Shown: positions 21,201 to 33,493 of the stretch, one piece after another | Numbering within the stretch: the first letter of the stretch is position 1 | How the letters are laid out: every line of letters begins with the position of its first letter | NCBI GenBank assembly: GCA_014905635.1 | Contig: JABVCE010000039.1 | Coordinates: 1-64,000, forward strand | DNA from: Scenedesmus sp. PABB004 | Lineage: Eukaryota | Length of the DNA stretch: 64,000 nt | Reading direction: 5' to 3' | Notes under the pieces: generated by a model | What the model was told of the DNA's origin: nothing | Seen by the model: the letters and a program-made list of their open reading frames with translations, nothing else | The model's database searches: none | Program-made: the position numbers and the translations under genes

Positions 21201-24200
21201 TGCCGCGTCACGTTCTCCAGCAGCTGCGAGGTGCGTGGCGGGCGGCGCGCGAGGCGGCGCGCGAGGCGGCGCGCGAGGCGGCGCGCGGCATCGGCGTGCT
21301 GCATCGGCGCGGTGTCGGCGGCGATAAGTCGGCGCGCCTGGCAGGCACGCGGCGGGGCGCGAGCCGCGAGCGCGGGCGCACCTCCTTGAGCCCGGTGCAC
21401 ACGCCCTGGCGCGTCGCGGCGTCGGGGCTGGCCATGGTGTCGCGCAGGATGGGCAGCATGCGGTGCAGCACGCGCTCGCCCATCTTGCGCACGAGCTCGC
21501 CCAGGCAGCGCGCGGCGCCAGAGCGCCGGTCCTCGCCTGCGGGCGGCGGCGGGCGGCAGGGTCTGCAGGGGCGCGCGCGCAGGCAGGGGCGCTCACACAC
21601 AGCAACGACACACACAAGGGGGCGCTGGGCATCGGATGGATCCGTAACAGGTTTTCCACACCGGCTCCAGTGTCGAGCTGGATTCAGATCGGCAAAATGG
21701 TCTCGTCACCTGCCGCGCGCCACACACACATGCCTGTCACAGCACACAGCACGCAGGCAGCACGCGCGGGTCACGCGGCTCTGCTGGCGTCAGAGATAAG
21801 GGAAGTGAAGTTTGCATCACCGGCGCGGCCGAGGGGCCGTGCTCAAAGGATAGATTTGCCATCACGCGCCAGCAGAACCGCGCGGCGGGGCGGCGCGCAC
21901 CACGCAGCACCCCCCCCCTCCCCTCCCCGAAAGGCCCCAGCTCGCGCCGCGCACCCGGGGCGGCGAGGGCGCGGATGACCTCAGCCATGAGCGCGGGCAG
22001 GATCTCCTGCAGCGTGCGGGGCGTGTTGACGACGATGGTCTTCCAGATGTGCAGACCCGTGTTGCGAACGACGTACTGCACGTCGCTGCGCGCGACGTAG
22101 AGCTTGGACAGCACCTCCGCGTTGCGCTCCCGCCCGAGTGCCTCCTGGATCGACACGCCGTACGTCTCGCACGCCGCGCCCTCGTCGTCGCTGCCGCCGT
22201 CGAGCTTCACCTTGCCGCTCGTGCCCGCGACCTGCCCGGGCGGCGGCGAGGGGGGGGGGGGCGTCAGGGGGCCGCACCCCATCCAGGCAGCAGCGGCGCA
22301 TACCCTGAGCAGTTGCCGCGCAGGGCGCGCGGCGCGGCGGCTGGTCGCGCCTTAAACAGCAGTTCGCCGCACAGCTCCAGGCTGGACTGGCGGATGCGCC
22401 AGTTGTCGCCGTCCAGGCCGGCCTCCACCGCGGGCAGCAGCAGCGGCAGGCAGCTGCGCGCGTACGCCTCCACGAAGCACCGCCCCGCCGCCAGCGCGGC
22501 GTCGCGCACGCCCTCCACCTGCGCGCACGCGACCGGGGCGGCGCTCGGCGGGGCGCCACCGCTGCGCGCCGTGCGCGCGCGGGCGCCGCCCCCGCGCGGG
22601 GTGTGTGGTTCACCTCGTCGCTGAGTCCGTCGAGGATGAGGGGCAGCACCTCGCCCAGGTGGTCCTGGAAGGGCGCCTCCATGGTGAGGGGGAGGTACCT
22701 GAACAGCGTGAGGTGGCCCTCGCGCACAAACGGATTCTTGCTGCCCGCGCTCGCCTCCAGCTCCGGCAGCAGCTCGCCCAGGTGCGCCTCGCCCATGACC
22801 GCCAGCACCTCGGCCAGGCCCTGCGCCGCGCCCGAGCGCTCCACGCTGCTGCCCTCGCTGCGCAGCGTTGCGAGGAGCCAGGGCAGCAGGTCCCCCAGCG
22901 CCGCGGGGCCCATGCCCTTGAGCAGGCTGCCCATCGCCCGCGCCGCGGTGGCGCGGACCTCGGGCAGCGGGTCCAGCAGCGCCTTTTGCAGCTCCGGCAT
23001 GAGCAGCGGAACGTACGGCGTCATGTCCTGGATGGGGGGGGGGGCAGGGCAGGGCGGGGGTCGGGGCAAGGGGCGGCGGCGCGCGCAGCGCGCGGGCAGC
23101 CTCGGCTGCCGCGCCCGCGCGCCCGCGCCCCCGCCCGCGCCCCCGCCCGCGCCCGCGCCCGTGGCCGCGCGGCTCGCCTTGGGGTCGTTGGTGAGGCTGC
23201 ACATGTTGCCCACGATGCGCGCGGCGCGCTTCTTGGTGTCGCCGCTGCGGTCGCGCAGGCCGCGGTGCACCACGGGCACCAGCAGCGCCAGGCTGGGCGC
23301 GTCGATGGTGTGGATAAACGTCGTGCCCAGCAGCGTGTCCAGGCAGGGTCGCGTCGAGGCGTTGGGCTCCGCGATGGCCGCCATGAGCCCCGGCACCAGC
23401 GCCGCCATCTCGGGCGACCGGATCACGCTGCCGACCTGCACCGCGCGCACGGCGGGCGGCGGTGCCGGGGCGCCGACCACGCGCGCGCGCGCAGCGTCGC
23501 CGCTGCCTGCAGGCGCGGCCGCCTGGCGCCAGCGCAGCGCCCTGCGCCCCTCGCTCACCTCGCCCAGCGCCTCCTTGGCGGCGGCCTGCACCTTGGGGTG
23601 CGCGTCGCTGAGCACGCTGCTGAGGCGCGGCACGATGGTGGGCAGGCAGCTGCCGAGCTGCTTGGGCGCGCAGTGCGCCATGGCGCCCAGCAGCTGGATC
23701 GAGCCCTGCTTGGTGCGCCACGCGCTGTCCTCCAGACCCTTCAGCAGCGCCGGCAGCACGAGCTTCACGCCGCTCGCGCTCAGCTGGCCCATGATCGACC
23801 GCGCCGCATCCTCGGCCGCCGCACGCACCTGCGGGCCGGGCCGGGCCGCGGCGGCGGCGCGCGGGCGGGGGCTCAGCAACCCCGGGCGCGGGCGTGATGG
23901 TGCGCGCATGGGCGCGGGTTTGCCTACCTGGGGCGACGCGTCGCCGAAGCACTGCAGGAGGAGTGGGAGGATGTGGATGACGTACGGCTCAAACAGGCGG
24001 CCCAGCTTCTCGCACAGGCACTCAAATGCCTGCAGCGCGCCCTCGCGGCCCTCGGGGTCGCGCTTGTCCTCCACGCGCGCCTTGAGCGCCTCCAGCAGGC
24101 CGTAGCCCTTCAGGCTCGACATGCCCAGCCCCTTTACCGCGCCCGCCAGCCCGTACGCGGCGCCGCGGCGCAGCCCGTACCCCGCCTGCCCGCCCAGGCG

Positions 24201-27200
24201 CAGGCCCTCCAGCAGGCGGTCAAGCAGGCCCTCCACGTAGGCCTTGTCCTCAGCCAGCGGCGCCACGAGGCGCGGCAGGCAGTTGGACACCGCGCGCTGC
24301 ACCGCCTCGCTCGGCGTGGACAGCACCTCCAGCAGCAGCCCGATGATGGAGCGGCGCTGCGCGCGCGCGGCGCGGGCAGGCAACGGGGGGCAGCTCGGGC
24401 ACTGCCTGGCTGGTGCAGCCCACTCGCAGGTCACGCAGCACACCGCACGCAGGCGGGGCGCGCGGCGCGCGCGGCTCTGCTGGCGTCAGAGATAAGGGAA
24501 GTGAAGTTTGCATCACCGGCGCGGCCGAGGGGCCGCGCTCAAAGGATAGATTTGCCATCACGCGCCAGCAGAGCCGTGCGGCGGGGCGGTGCACAGACCC
24601 GTCTACCCTGCCGAGGCTCCCCGTGGTGCGGCGCCGCACCTTGTCGTCGCCCGGCGCGAGGTGCCCCGCCATCATGCCCAGCAGCACCACCACGCCCTCC
24701 CGCACGAGGTCGTAACGCGCCTCGTCCACGCCCAGCCGCGCCGCCGCGCCGGGCTCGAGGTAACCCTCAAACTGCGGCAGCAGCGCCTGCGACAGGCTGT
24801 CGCCCCGGCTCTCCACCAGCGCAACGCCTGATGTGGCGGGGGCAGGCCGCGGGCAGCGCACGCGTCGGCCGGCCGCGCCGCAGCAGTGGTGCAGCAGCAG
24901 CGGCGGGCGCAGCAGCCGGCGCGGCCTGCCGCCGTGGTCCTGCCGCGCCGCTCACCTGCCGCCACCATGGCCTCCCGAATGTCGTCGCGCGGCTCCGCCA
25001 GGCCCCGCGTCACCAGGAAGTGCAGCGCGCCGCGCACCTCGTCGGAGCCCAGCACGCCCGCGAGCGCCTCCAGCCCCGACGCCACCCCCCGCCGCGCGTT
25101 GGCCTGCGCGTCGCGCGCGGCGTCCCGCGCCGCGCGCTCCGCGTCGTCGAGCAGCACCGCCGCGGCCACCTCGTCGTCGGGCTCCAGGTCGTCGCCGTAC
25201 AGCGCCAGCACCGCCTCCAGGCACGACGGCGTACACGCGGGCGCCGCGCGCAGCGCGTCCGCCAGCGCCGCCGCCGCCGCGCCGCGCGTGTCGGGCTGGT
25301 CCGAGGTGATGTGCCGCACCAGCAGGGCGATGACGTCCGGCCCGAGGCTGCACCCCGCCTGAGGCGGCGGGGCGGGGGGCGGCGGCGCGGCAGCGGCGGC
25401 GGCGTCAGCGCGGCGGCTCCAGCACGCGCACCGCGCACACGCACGCACGCTCTTGCCTGCCGTAGCGCACCTGCGCCCACAGCTCCTGCGCCGCCGTCGC
25501 GTTGGTCTCGTCGGAGTCGTGCCGCGCGAGCGCCAGCACCGCAAGCGCCTCGCCGCTCTCCGGCTGCACGCCCTCCGCCAGCGTGGGCACCGACGGCAGC
25601 GCGGCGAGTGCGCACGCGCGCACCGCGGGCGAGCCCGCCAGCAGGCCGCTGACGGCGGGCATGAGCTCTGGCTCCCCCACGCCCGCGCACAGGCTGCGCA
25701 GCAGCGGCGCGACGCGGTCACGGAAGGCTGGGATGCGGCCGAGCACGGCGTAGCAGAGCTCCAGGCTCTCGCCGCGCGGGATGTCCTGCTCAGGCGACAC
25801 GTGCAGCCCCAGCACGCGCAGCGCGTCGTCGTGGAGCGGGCTGATCACGGGGCAGCTCAGCACCGCCGCCAGCACGGGGAAGACGAGCGCGTAGCTCGGC
25901 CCCGGCAGCGGCCGGCGCGGCGCCACGGTGGCCGCGCACAGCGCGGCCAGCACGTCGGCGACGCCCGGCGCAGAGGGGAAGGTCTCGTAGCTCACGCCGT
26001 CGCCGCGCCGCGCCGCGAGGCCCACCAGGCGCAGGCAGCCCGCGAGCAGCAGGCTGCGCCCGCCCAGCGGCGGCGGCATGCACCGCGCCAGGCTGCGCAC
26101 CGCCGCAAACGCGGCGTCGCCGCAGATGGGGCTGCCCAGCAGCGGCTGGCAGAGCGCGCCGAGCTCGCGCAGGTGGCTGGCCGCGAAGGCCGTGTTGCCC
26201 TCCACCGCCGCGCGCAGCGCCGCGAGGCCGGTGTCGAGCCGCGCCTGGAGGCACACCACGCCGCGCCGCACCTCCGCCTCCTCCTCCAGCTTGCGCGCGC
26301 GGAACTCGGCCTGCCGCGCCGCAGCGTCCTTGGGGCCCTTGCCCGACACGGCGCCGCCGCCGCGCGCGCCGCCACGCCCGCCGGCGCCGACGGCCGACGG
26401 GCGCGCCGCGGCTGCGGGCTTGGCCGGCGCGGGCTCGTCGTCGTCGTCGTCGTCGTCGTCCGCCGTGGCAAACGCGCGGTTGTCGCTCTGCGGGCGCGCG
26501 GTGCCGGCGTCAGTGCGCGGGCGCGGCCGCGCCGGCGGCTGCAGCCCGGGCACGCCTCGGCGCACCACGCGCGCGCGCGCGCTGGCGTGCAAGCGCGCAC
26601 TCACCCTGAACCGGCCTCGCGCCTTGCGCACGTTCTTGCTGACGACCACCTCGGGCACGTAGACGCCCTCCGGCACGACCTCGGACGCCAGCAGGCCCTC
26701 GGGCGTGCGCCAGACCGCAATGTCGTCGTCGCTCACCGCGTCGTGGCGCGACCGGTCAAGCCAGCCCGCCAGGCCCGCCAGCAGCGGGTCCAGGCACCCG
26801 CCCGGCGCGGCGGCCATCGCCGAGCCCAGCGCGAGCTGCGCCGCCGCGACGTCGCCGGGGCAGGGGCTGCCCAGGCCGCCGTCGCCCAGCAGCACGGCCA
26901 GCACGCCCGGCGCGCCGCTCTTGAGCGCCGCGGGCACCGTGCCGAGCAGGCGCCGGCAGGCCGCCGCCCAGGTGGCGTGCTTGTTCGCCACGCCCGCGGT
27001 GATGGCGGGGTGGTGCGCCATGAGAAGCAGCTCGGCCAGGCCACGACCCTCCAGCGCGGCGGCGCAGGCCGCGGTGTGGTGCGCGGGCGCGTAGCCCGGC
27101 GCGGCGCGCTCCGTGAAGGGCAGCAGCGCCAGCAGCGCGCGCGCAAAGGCGTGCGAGTAGGTGCCCGCCGCGTCGCTGACCGCCTCACCCGGCTCCGCCA

Positions 27201-29415
27201 GGACCAGCGCCTCGGTCGGCGCGTTGGCCCAGTGGCGCAGGCCCGCCAGCAGCGGGCCCAGCAGCGCCGGCGCGCCGGCCATGAGCGGCCGGCCAGCCGC
27301 GACGCCGCGGCGCCGCACCTCCAGGCTGTGGTGCAGCAGGCACAGCGCGAGCAGCTGGCAGACCGCGGCGTGGCTGGCGGGCTGCAGACGGTCCCCGTGG
27401 CACGCCAGCAGCGTCTGCGCCAGCTCCGCCGCGGGCGCCGCGTCGGCGGGCGCCAGCTTGGCCAGGGTGGCGGCCGACAGCAGCGGCGAGTCGGCTGCCA
27501 GCGGCGCGTCCCACACGCCCGCCTTGGCCAGTGCCGCGGCGGCGCCCGCGTCTGCGGCCGCCACCTGCGCCGCAAGGAGCAGCGCCGCGATGCCGTTGCC
27601 GCGCGCCACCGCCTTGGCGCAGCCCTCGGTCACCAGCTTGGCCAGCGGCGCGGCCAGCGGAGCCAGCCCGGAGGCCAGGCCCGGCGCGTCACGCACGGCC
27701 GCCATCGCCGCGACCAGGGCGGTGCGCCGGACCGAGTCCTTGGCGTCGCCCAGCGCGCCCGCCAGGCCCGTCGCCACGGGCGTGGGCACCTCGGCACAGC
27801 GCGGCAGCCACTCGGCCAGGGCGGCCAGCAGCGCCAGCTTCACCTCCTCAACGGCTGCGGCCGCGCGCAGGAGGGGTAGGCGGGGGGGGGGGGGGGGCAG
27901 GCAGAGCGGTCAGCAACACGGGCGAGCGTGGCGAGTGCAGACGCCACCGCCGCCGCGCTCCCCCCCTCCCTGCCCGCACGCCACTCACGCTCGTCCTTGA
28001 CGGCGCCAGCGCAGAAGGTGGCCGCGCCTGCCGCCACGGCCGCCATGTCGGGTGTGCGGGGCAGGGCGCTGAGGCTGGCCAGCGCGGCGGCGAGCGCGGC
28101 GCGCTCGCCCGCGAGCTTGATCTTGCCCTCCGCGCTGCCGTCCAGGACGCCCGTGACCTTGGCCACCAGCGCGCCGGCCACGCCCGCGTCCTGCACGCGC
28201 GCCGCGAGCGCGGCCAGCGCCGTGCCCGCGACGCCGCGCACCGCCTCCTTGGCGCGCAGCTGCTGCAGCAGCAGGGCCACCAGCTCCGGCGCGGCGGTGC
28301 TGAGGTTGAGGGTCATCAGCTCCAGCGCCCCGCCCAGCGCCGCGATGGCGGGCTCGGGCGTGCGCCGCGCGGCGCGGCTGACCGCGGGCAGCACCTTGTC
28401 CGCAACCTGCTCCGGCGTCAGCGCGCGCAGCAGCGGCGCAAACGCCGAGAGCAGCGCGGCCGAGGGCCGCTCCGGCGCCGCCAGCACGCGGTCGCACAGC
28501 ACCGGCAGCAGCGCCGCGACCGCCGCCTCGGCGCCGGGCGGCAGCTGCTGCGGCTCGCCCTGCTGCTGCTGCTGCTGCTGCGCCGCACCCGCCCGGCGCG
28601 GCAGCGCCGCCTGCAGCGCGATGCGCACGAGGCCGGGGCTGCCGCTGGCCGCGGCGGCCGCCTGGTAGTCGGCCGCGAGGCCCGGCCGCGCGCGCAGCAG
28701 CCGCAGCACCGCGCGCTGCGCCGCCGACCAGTGGTGCGCCGCGCCGCGCCGCGCGCCGCGGCCCGTCGCCGCGAGCGGGTGCGTGTCGGCCGCGTGCAGC
28801 GCGTCGAGCAGGCCGCCCTGCGCCTCCAGCAGCTTCGCCGCCGCCTTGGCGCTGCCCTCGGGCGGCAGCGCCTCCAGCAGCATGCAGCTCCACTCCAGCA
28901 GCCTGAACGCCGCCTGCGGCGCCTGCTTGCTCGCTGCCGCGCGCAGCAGCGCCGCGGCAAAGGCCTTGACGTACGCCTCGTGGCCCAGCGCGGCGCGCAC
29001 GAGCCGGTTCACCGCGCGCTGCTGCGAGCGAGCCTCGTAGGCGGGCAGTGTGTCCAGCACCAGGGCCGCCACCTCGCCGGCCCGCGCCTCCAGGAAGCCT
29101 GCGGCGGGCGGGCGGCGCGCTCTCCAACCGGCAGCGGCGGCTGCGCCCGCCGGCGGCCATGGCGGCCACGCTTGGTCCCGCAGCTGGCGCAGGAGATGCT
29201 ACACCCCAGAACGCACGCGCAGCGATCGGTGCCGCGCCCTGGCGTCGCGCAGGCTGGGCGCGGCGGGGCCGCATCACTCCCTGCCCCGGGCGCGGCCCAC
29301 CTGGCTCATTGTCGATGAGCGTCAGCAGCGAGGTCTGCCAGATCAGGCGCTCCTTGCCGCCCCGCGCCTCGGCCCAGGCGGCCGCGCGCAGGAGCGCGTC
29401 CGCGTCGTCGGCCAT
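18222..29415 (-). CDS. GCN1: GCN1/ILITHYIA HEAT-repeat activator of the eIF2-alpha kinase GCN2
   Basis: LEVLSTPSEAVQRAVSNCL, RRGAAYGLAG, WRTKQGSIQLLGAMAHCAPKQL, IDAPSLALLVPVVHRGL, DNWRIRQSSLELCGELLFK, IWKTIVVNTPRTL, ITGPLIRIIGDRF. Confidence 0.97.
20165..20253 (-). ncRNA. Intronic box C/D snoRNA, family A copy 1
   Basis: GGGCA/TGCCC terminal stem; box C GTGACGA, D' CTGA, D CCGA; guides CCATTTTGCCGA and GTTACGGATCCAT antisense to conserved LSU rRNA (sequence from memory). Confidence 0.8.
20709..20804 (-). ncRNA. Intronic box C/D snoRNA candidate, family C
   Basis: GCTGGCG/CGCCAGC terminal stem; box C GTGATGG; box D CTGA; AACTGCAACAA antisense to SSU rRNA TTGTTGCAGTT (from memory). Confidence 0.65.
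21628..21714 (-). ncRNA. Intronic box C/D snoRNA, family A copy 2
   Basis: Near-identical to 20165-20253 (one internal substitution seen) within otherwise unrelated intron sequence. Confidence 0.8.
21777..21879 (-). ncRNA. Intronic box C/D snoRNA, family B copy 1
   Basis: Long terminal stem; C GTGATGG, D' TTGA, C' GTGATGC, D CTGA; guide ACTTCCCTTATCT antisense to LSU rRNA AGATAAGGGAAGT. Confidence 0.85.
24472..24576 (-). ncRNA. Intronic box C/D snoRNA, family B copy 2
   Basis: Near-identical to 21777-21879; terminal stem GGCTCTGCTGGCG/CGCCAGCAGAGCC. Confidence 0.85.
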
Positions 29416-29630
29416 GTCTGCGTGCGCCGTGCCGGCGGCTACTGTTCGCTGCGCATTGAGGGCGATGCTGCGTCGCTGCCTCGGCCAGAACAGACTGCCA
29501 CGGCCTCGTCGGGCGCCGGCGGGCCTGCGCCGCCGCGCCGCGGTGCAGTCCGGCGGCGCACGCCGCGCGCGCCCGTCGCTACAGCGCGTGGCGGCGTTGG
29601 GGCGGCTGCTCGGTTACACGGCGGTGCGCG

Positions 29631-32600
29631 TCAGAGGTCGCCGTAGTCGAGCACGGCGCGGTTGTTTGCGGGCGCGTCGAGGTCGTAGTACCCCCGCCCG
29701 CCCGGCGGCCCGCCGCGCCCGCGCCCGCGCGGCCCGCCGCGAAGCCCGCCGCGCAGGCCGCGGCCGGGTCCGGGGATGAAGAGCGGCATGCCGCCCATGT
29801 CCCCCGGCAGCATCATGTCCGGCCCCAGCACGATCGGCCCCGGCAGCCCGCCGGGGCCCATCATCGGCAGCGGCATGCCCGGCCCGGGCATGATGATCGG
29901 CCCCGGCAGGCCGCCCAGCATCATGCCCGGGTCGAGCACCGGCAACCCGCCCAGCAGCGGGCCCCGCCCCGCCATGCGCCCGCCGCGCCCGCGCATCGGG
30001 CCCATGCGCCCCGGCCCGCGCCCGCCGCCCTCGTAGCCCTCCTGCGCGGCGCGGCGCGGCGCACGGGTCGGCGCGCGGCACACGGGTCGGCGCGCGGCAC
30101 ACGGGTCGGCGCGCGGCACACAGGTCGGTGCGCGGCAAGCCGACGCGCAGCGCACGCAGCACTCGCGCGGCGCGCCGCCCCGCCCCCGCGCGGCGCGCGC
30201 CTGCCACTCTGCGTCCGCCATGGCGACGTCGCCCGCGCGTGCCGCGTCGCGCGCCTGCGCGGCGGCGCGCGCGGCGGCGTGGCGCGCCCTGTTGTCTGCC
30301 TCGTAGGCGCGCCAGAAGAGGTCGTCGCGGATGACGTCGCGCTGCTCGTCGAGGCGGCCGCCGTGCTTGTTGTACACGTGCTTCACCACAAAGCGCTTCT
30401 CCAGGAAGTACTTGTTGCTGAACGTGCTGCCCCACCTGCGGCGCGGCGCGCAGCGCGCGGGGCAGGGCGGCGGCGCGCGCGGGCCGTCGGTGCGCGCGGC
30501 GCGCGGCGCGGGGCGGCGCCGGGTGCCGCGCGTCGCCCCAGCCGGCGCCTCTCTCTGTGACCAGCAGACCTCGCGGCGCCCCGGGCGGCACGCTGCAGCG
30601 GCTGCGCGAGCTAGGGAGCACGGCCGACAAACACGCGCGCACACGCTGCGGTCGGCGCCGCTGCCGCTGCCGCCGCTGCAAGGGTTCAGTGGGGGCTCGA
30701 GGTGCGAGGTAGGGTTGGGCAGGAGCGGGGCGCGCTGCTGTCGCTCAAGAGGTGCGCGAGGGTGTGTGTCGGGGCGGTGCTGCCGGCGGTACTCGCAGCC
30801 GCTGGCCGCCCTGGCGTAGGCGGGCGCGCGCGCCGGCTCCCGCCTCTCCACGCCAGCCCCGCCGGAGAGGTCTGGCTGTCGCCGCTCCCGCTAGTGCACA
30901 GCAGAACCCGGCAGGCGTGCGAGCAAACGAGGCTGCCCAAGCGGCGCTTGGGTGGTGGGGCGGCGAGGCAAGCTCTCTCGAGGTGGTAGGGTGGTGGGGT
31001 GGGCCGGGGGCCGTGCGAGCTGGCCGCAGCAGCGCCGCGTGCGTTCGGGGCAACATGCTGTGCGCGGGCGCGCCCGCGCCCGCGCTGGAGGCTGTGCGCG
31101 TGCCCTGTGAGCGGCGGGAGCAGGCCGCCCCGCAGGCGCGCGCGCGCGCGCGCCCCCAGCCCCACGCACTTTTTGTCGCTCTCCATCTTGATCTGTGACT
31201 CCACGTACTCGTCCAGCCGCTTCTCAATCTGCGCCCGGCAGCAGCGCGCACGGTCGGCGCGCGAGGGGCGCGAGGGCGCGCCGCGCGGCGCAGCGGCGGC
31301 CAGCAGCACCGCCGCCAGCCGCCGCACCTCCTCGCGCTGGCAGCCGGCCAGCAGCGGGTCCGGGCCCTCCAGGCGCGCCGCCCAGACCTTGTCCACGCGC
31401 TCCGCGAGGTCAGCCAGGTCAGCCTTGGCTGCGGGGTTTAGGCGGCGGCGGCGCGCTCAGCAGCCAGCGCGCCCCAGCGCGCGGCGCGCGCGGGGCGCCG
31501 CGGCACGCTCCCAGCGCGCTGCCCTCGCCGTCCCCGCTGGGCACGCACCCTCCGCCTCATCCTGCTCCTCGCCCTCCTCCGGGCGCGCGCCGCGCAGCGT
31601 GCGGGCCGCCGCGCCGCGGTCCATGTAGTCCGCCTCCTGCAGCAGCTCCCGGCCGCCGTAGTAGTCGACGCCGTGCACACGCCACAGCCACACCAGCAGC
31701 AGGTCCAGCGCGGCGAGGCGCTCCGCCAGCGCGTCCTCGCCCTCGCACGACACCTCCTCGCCCTCCACCTCCGCCAGCACGGCCGCCAGCGCCGCGTCGG
31801 CCTTGCCGTCGCCGCCCTCGCCGCCGTCTGCGGGTGCCCGCAGGCGGAGCAGCGCCCCGCTCGACGCTTGGCCGGCGCGGCGGCGGCGCTGCCGCGCGGC
31901 ACAACACAGCAGCACTGCTGGCAGCCACCCCCCCCCCCGGCGCCACGTACCTTTCTCGGCCTCGGCCTCGCCCTCGCCCTCGCCCGCGGCGGCCGCGGGC
32001 GGCGCGGGCAGCAGGGGGTTGTCCGCCAGGCGCAGCCCGCGCTGGCTGTCCAGCAGCGCCACCAGGCGGCGCGCGGTCTTGTAGTCGGCCGCGACGCGCT
32101 CCGGCTTCCACAGGCACACGGGGCCCTCGCGCGCGGCGGGCGCCGCGCCGCCGTCGTCGCCGTCGTCGCGCGGCGGCGCGCCCTGGTTGAAGTCGGGCGC
32201 CGCCGGGTCGAGCGCGCCGGACCGGATGTCGCCCGCGAGCGCCGCCGCCGCGGCCGCCGCCTCCTCCTTGTGCCGCGCGAGGGACGACTCAAACGCGGCG
32301 GGGTGGTACATCGCGCGCACGCTGCTGACGTTCTTGTCCTGCTCAAACTTGGCGCGCAGCTGGTCCCCAAAGTGCGCGGTCAGGTACGCCTCGTACAGCG
32401 CCTGCGCCTCCGCGGGCGACACGCTGTCGGGGACGTCCATCAGGAAGCGCTTGAAGCTGCGCGGCTCGCCGCCGCGCTCGGGGCTGCGCTCGCGCCTGCG
32501 GCGGCGAGGGGCGCGCGCGGGCGCGCGCGTCGGGGCGGGCCCGGGGCGCGCTGGCCGGCGCGGCGGCGTGCCGCGCGAGCGGCCGCCGCGCCGCCGCCGC

Positions 32601-33119
32601 CGCCGTCGCCGCCGCCGCGCGGCGCACCCCCGGGGCGGCGGCGGGGGGTGGTGGTAGTCGCCGTAGGGCGGCGCGTCGTAGCCGCGGCGGTGGTAGTCGG
32701 GCGGCGAGTGCCCGCGCCGCGGCGGCGGGCTGCCGTAGCGGTCGCTGCGGGCGGCGGCGGCGGCGACCGCGGCGCGCTGAGCCGCCGACGCGCCGCGCCC
32801 GCTACCGGGCGCCGGCAGCGCTGCGCGGTTGGGCCTGCGCGCGCGCGCGCCGGCGGCGGCGCGCTGGAGCAGCGCAGCAGCGGCGGCCGCGCGCGCACTG
32901 GCGCTCGTAGTAGTCGTCGTCGCGCCGGTGCCGCTTGCTGTAGGACGGCGGGCTGCGGCCGCGCGGCGGGGAGGGGCTGCGCCGCCGGCGTGCGGGCAGC
33001 GGCGGGCCGCGGCCGCGCTCCCCGGGCGCATCGCGGCCGTAGGGCGGTGGCGAGGCGCGCGAGCCGGCCTTGGGCTCGCGGGGAGGCGGCAGCGGGCTGT
33101 GCCCGCGGCGCCTGTCCAT
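29631..33119 (-). CDS. SE: SERRATE/Ars2 RNA effector homolog
   Basis: Arg/Pro/Ser-rich N-terminus, SFKRFL, YEAYL...MYHP, LDLLLVWLWRVHGVDYYG, FVVKHVYNKH, YYDLDAP...VLDYGDL. Confidence 0.9.
30054..30138. repeat. 19-bp minisatellite (about 4 copies) in an intron
   Basis: cgcggcacacgggtcggcg repeated. Confidence 0.85.
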
Positions 33120-33493
33120 CGCACGCCCTCGCGCGGCGCGGGGCTGGCGCGGGACCGCTGATTCGCCTGCGGCTGCTGCTGCTGCTCTGCTGCGTGCGGC
33201 GCGTCGCCTCCACGCCGCCGCACTGCTGCTGGAGCGTTCACAGGAGGCACGATCATGAGCACTTGAAGCGGGGTTAGGCTCGCGTTCATAACAGCGGCGG
33301 CGGCGGCGCTGCTGCTCCCTCGCGCGCCGCGGCGGTCAGTGCAGGGAGCCAGCTGCACGCCCTCCAGTCGGCCGCATCGCTCTTCGTTCGCGTCGCTCCC
33401 CGCCGCGCACAACCCACGCCCACACGCGCTGCGCGGGTGCGGCGGCGTCGCGCGCTGCTGTCTCGCCCGGGGCCGTCCGCCTGAGGGGGGCCG

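Noticed and set aside
29165..29290. GTGATGC box-C-like motif in the first GCN1 intron
   Set aside because: No convincing box D, terminal stem or rRNA complementarity
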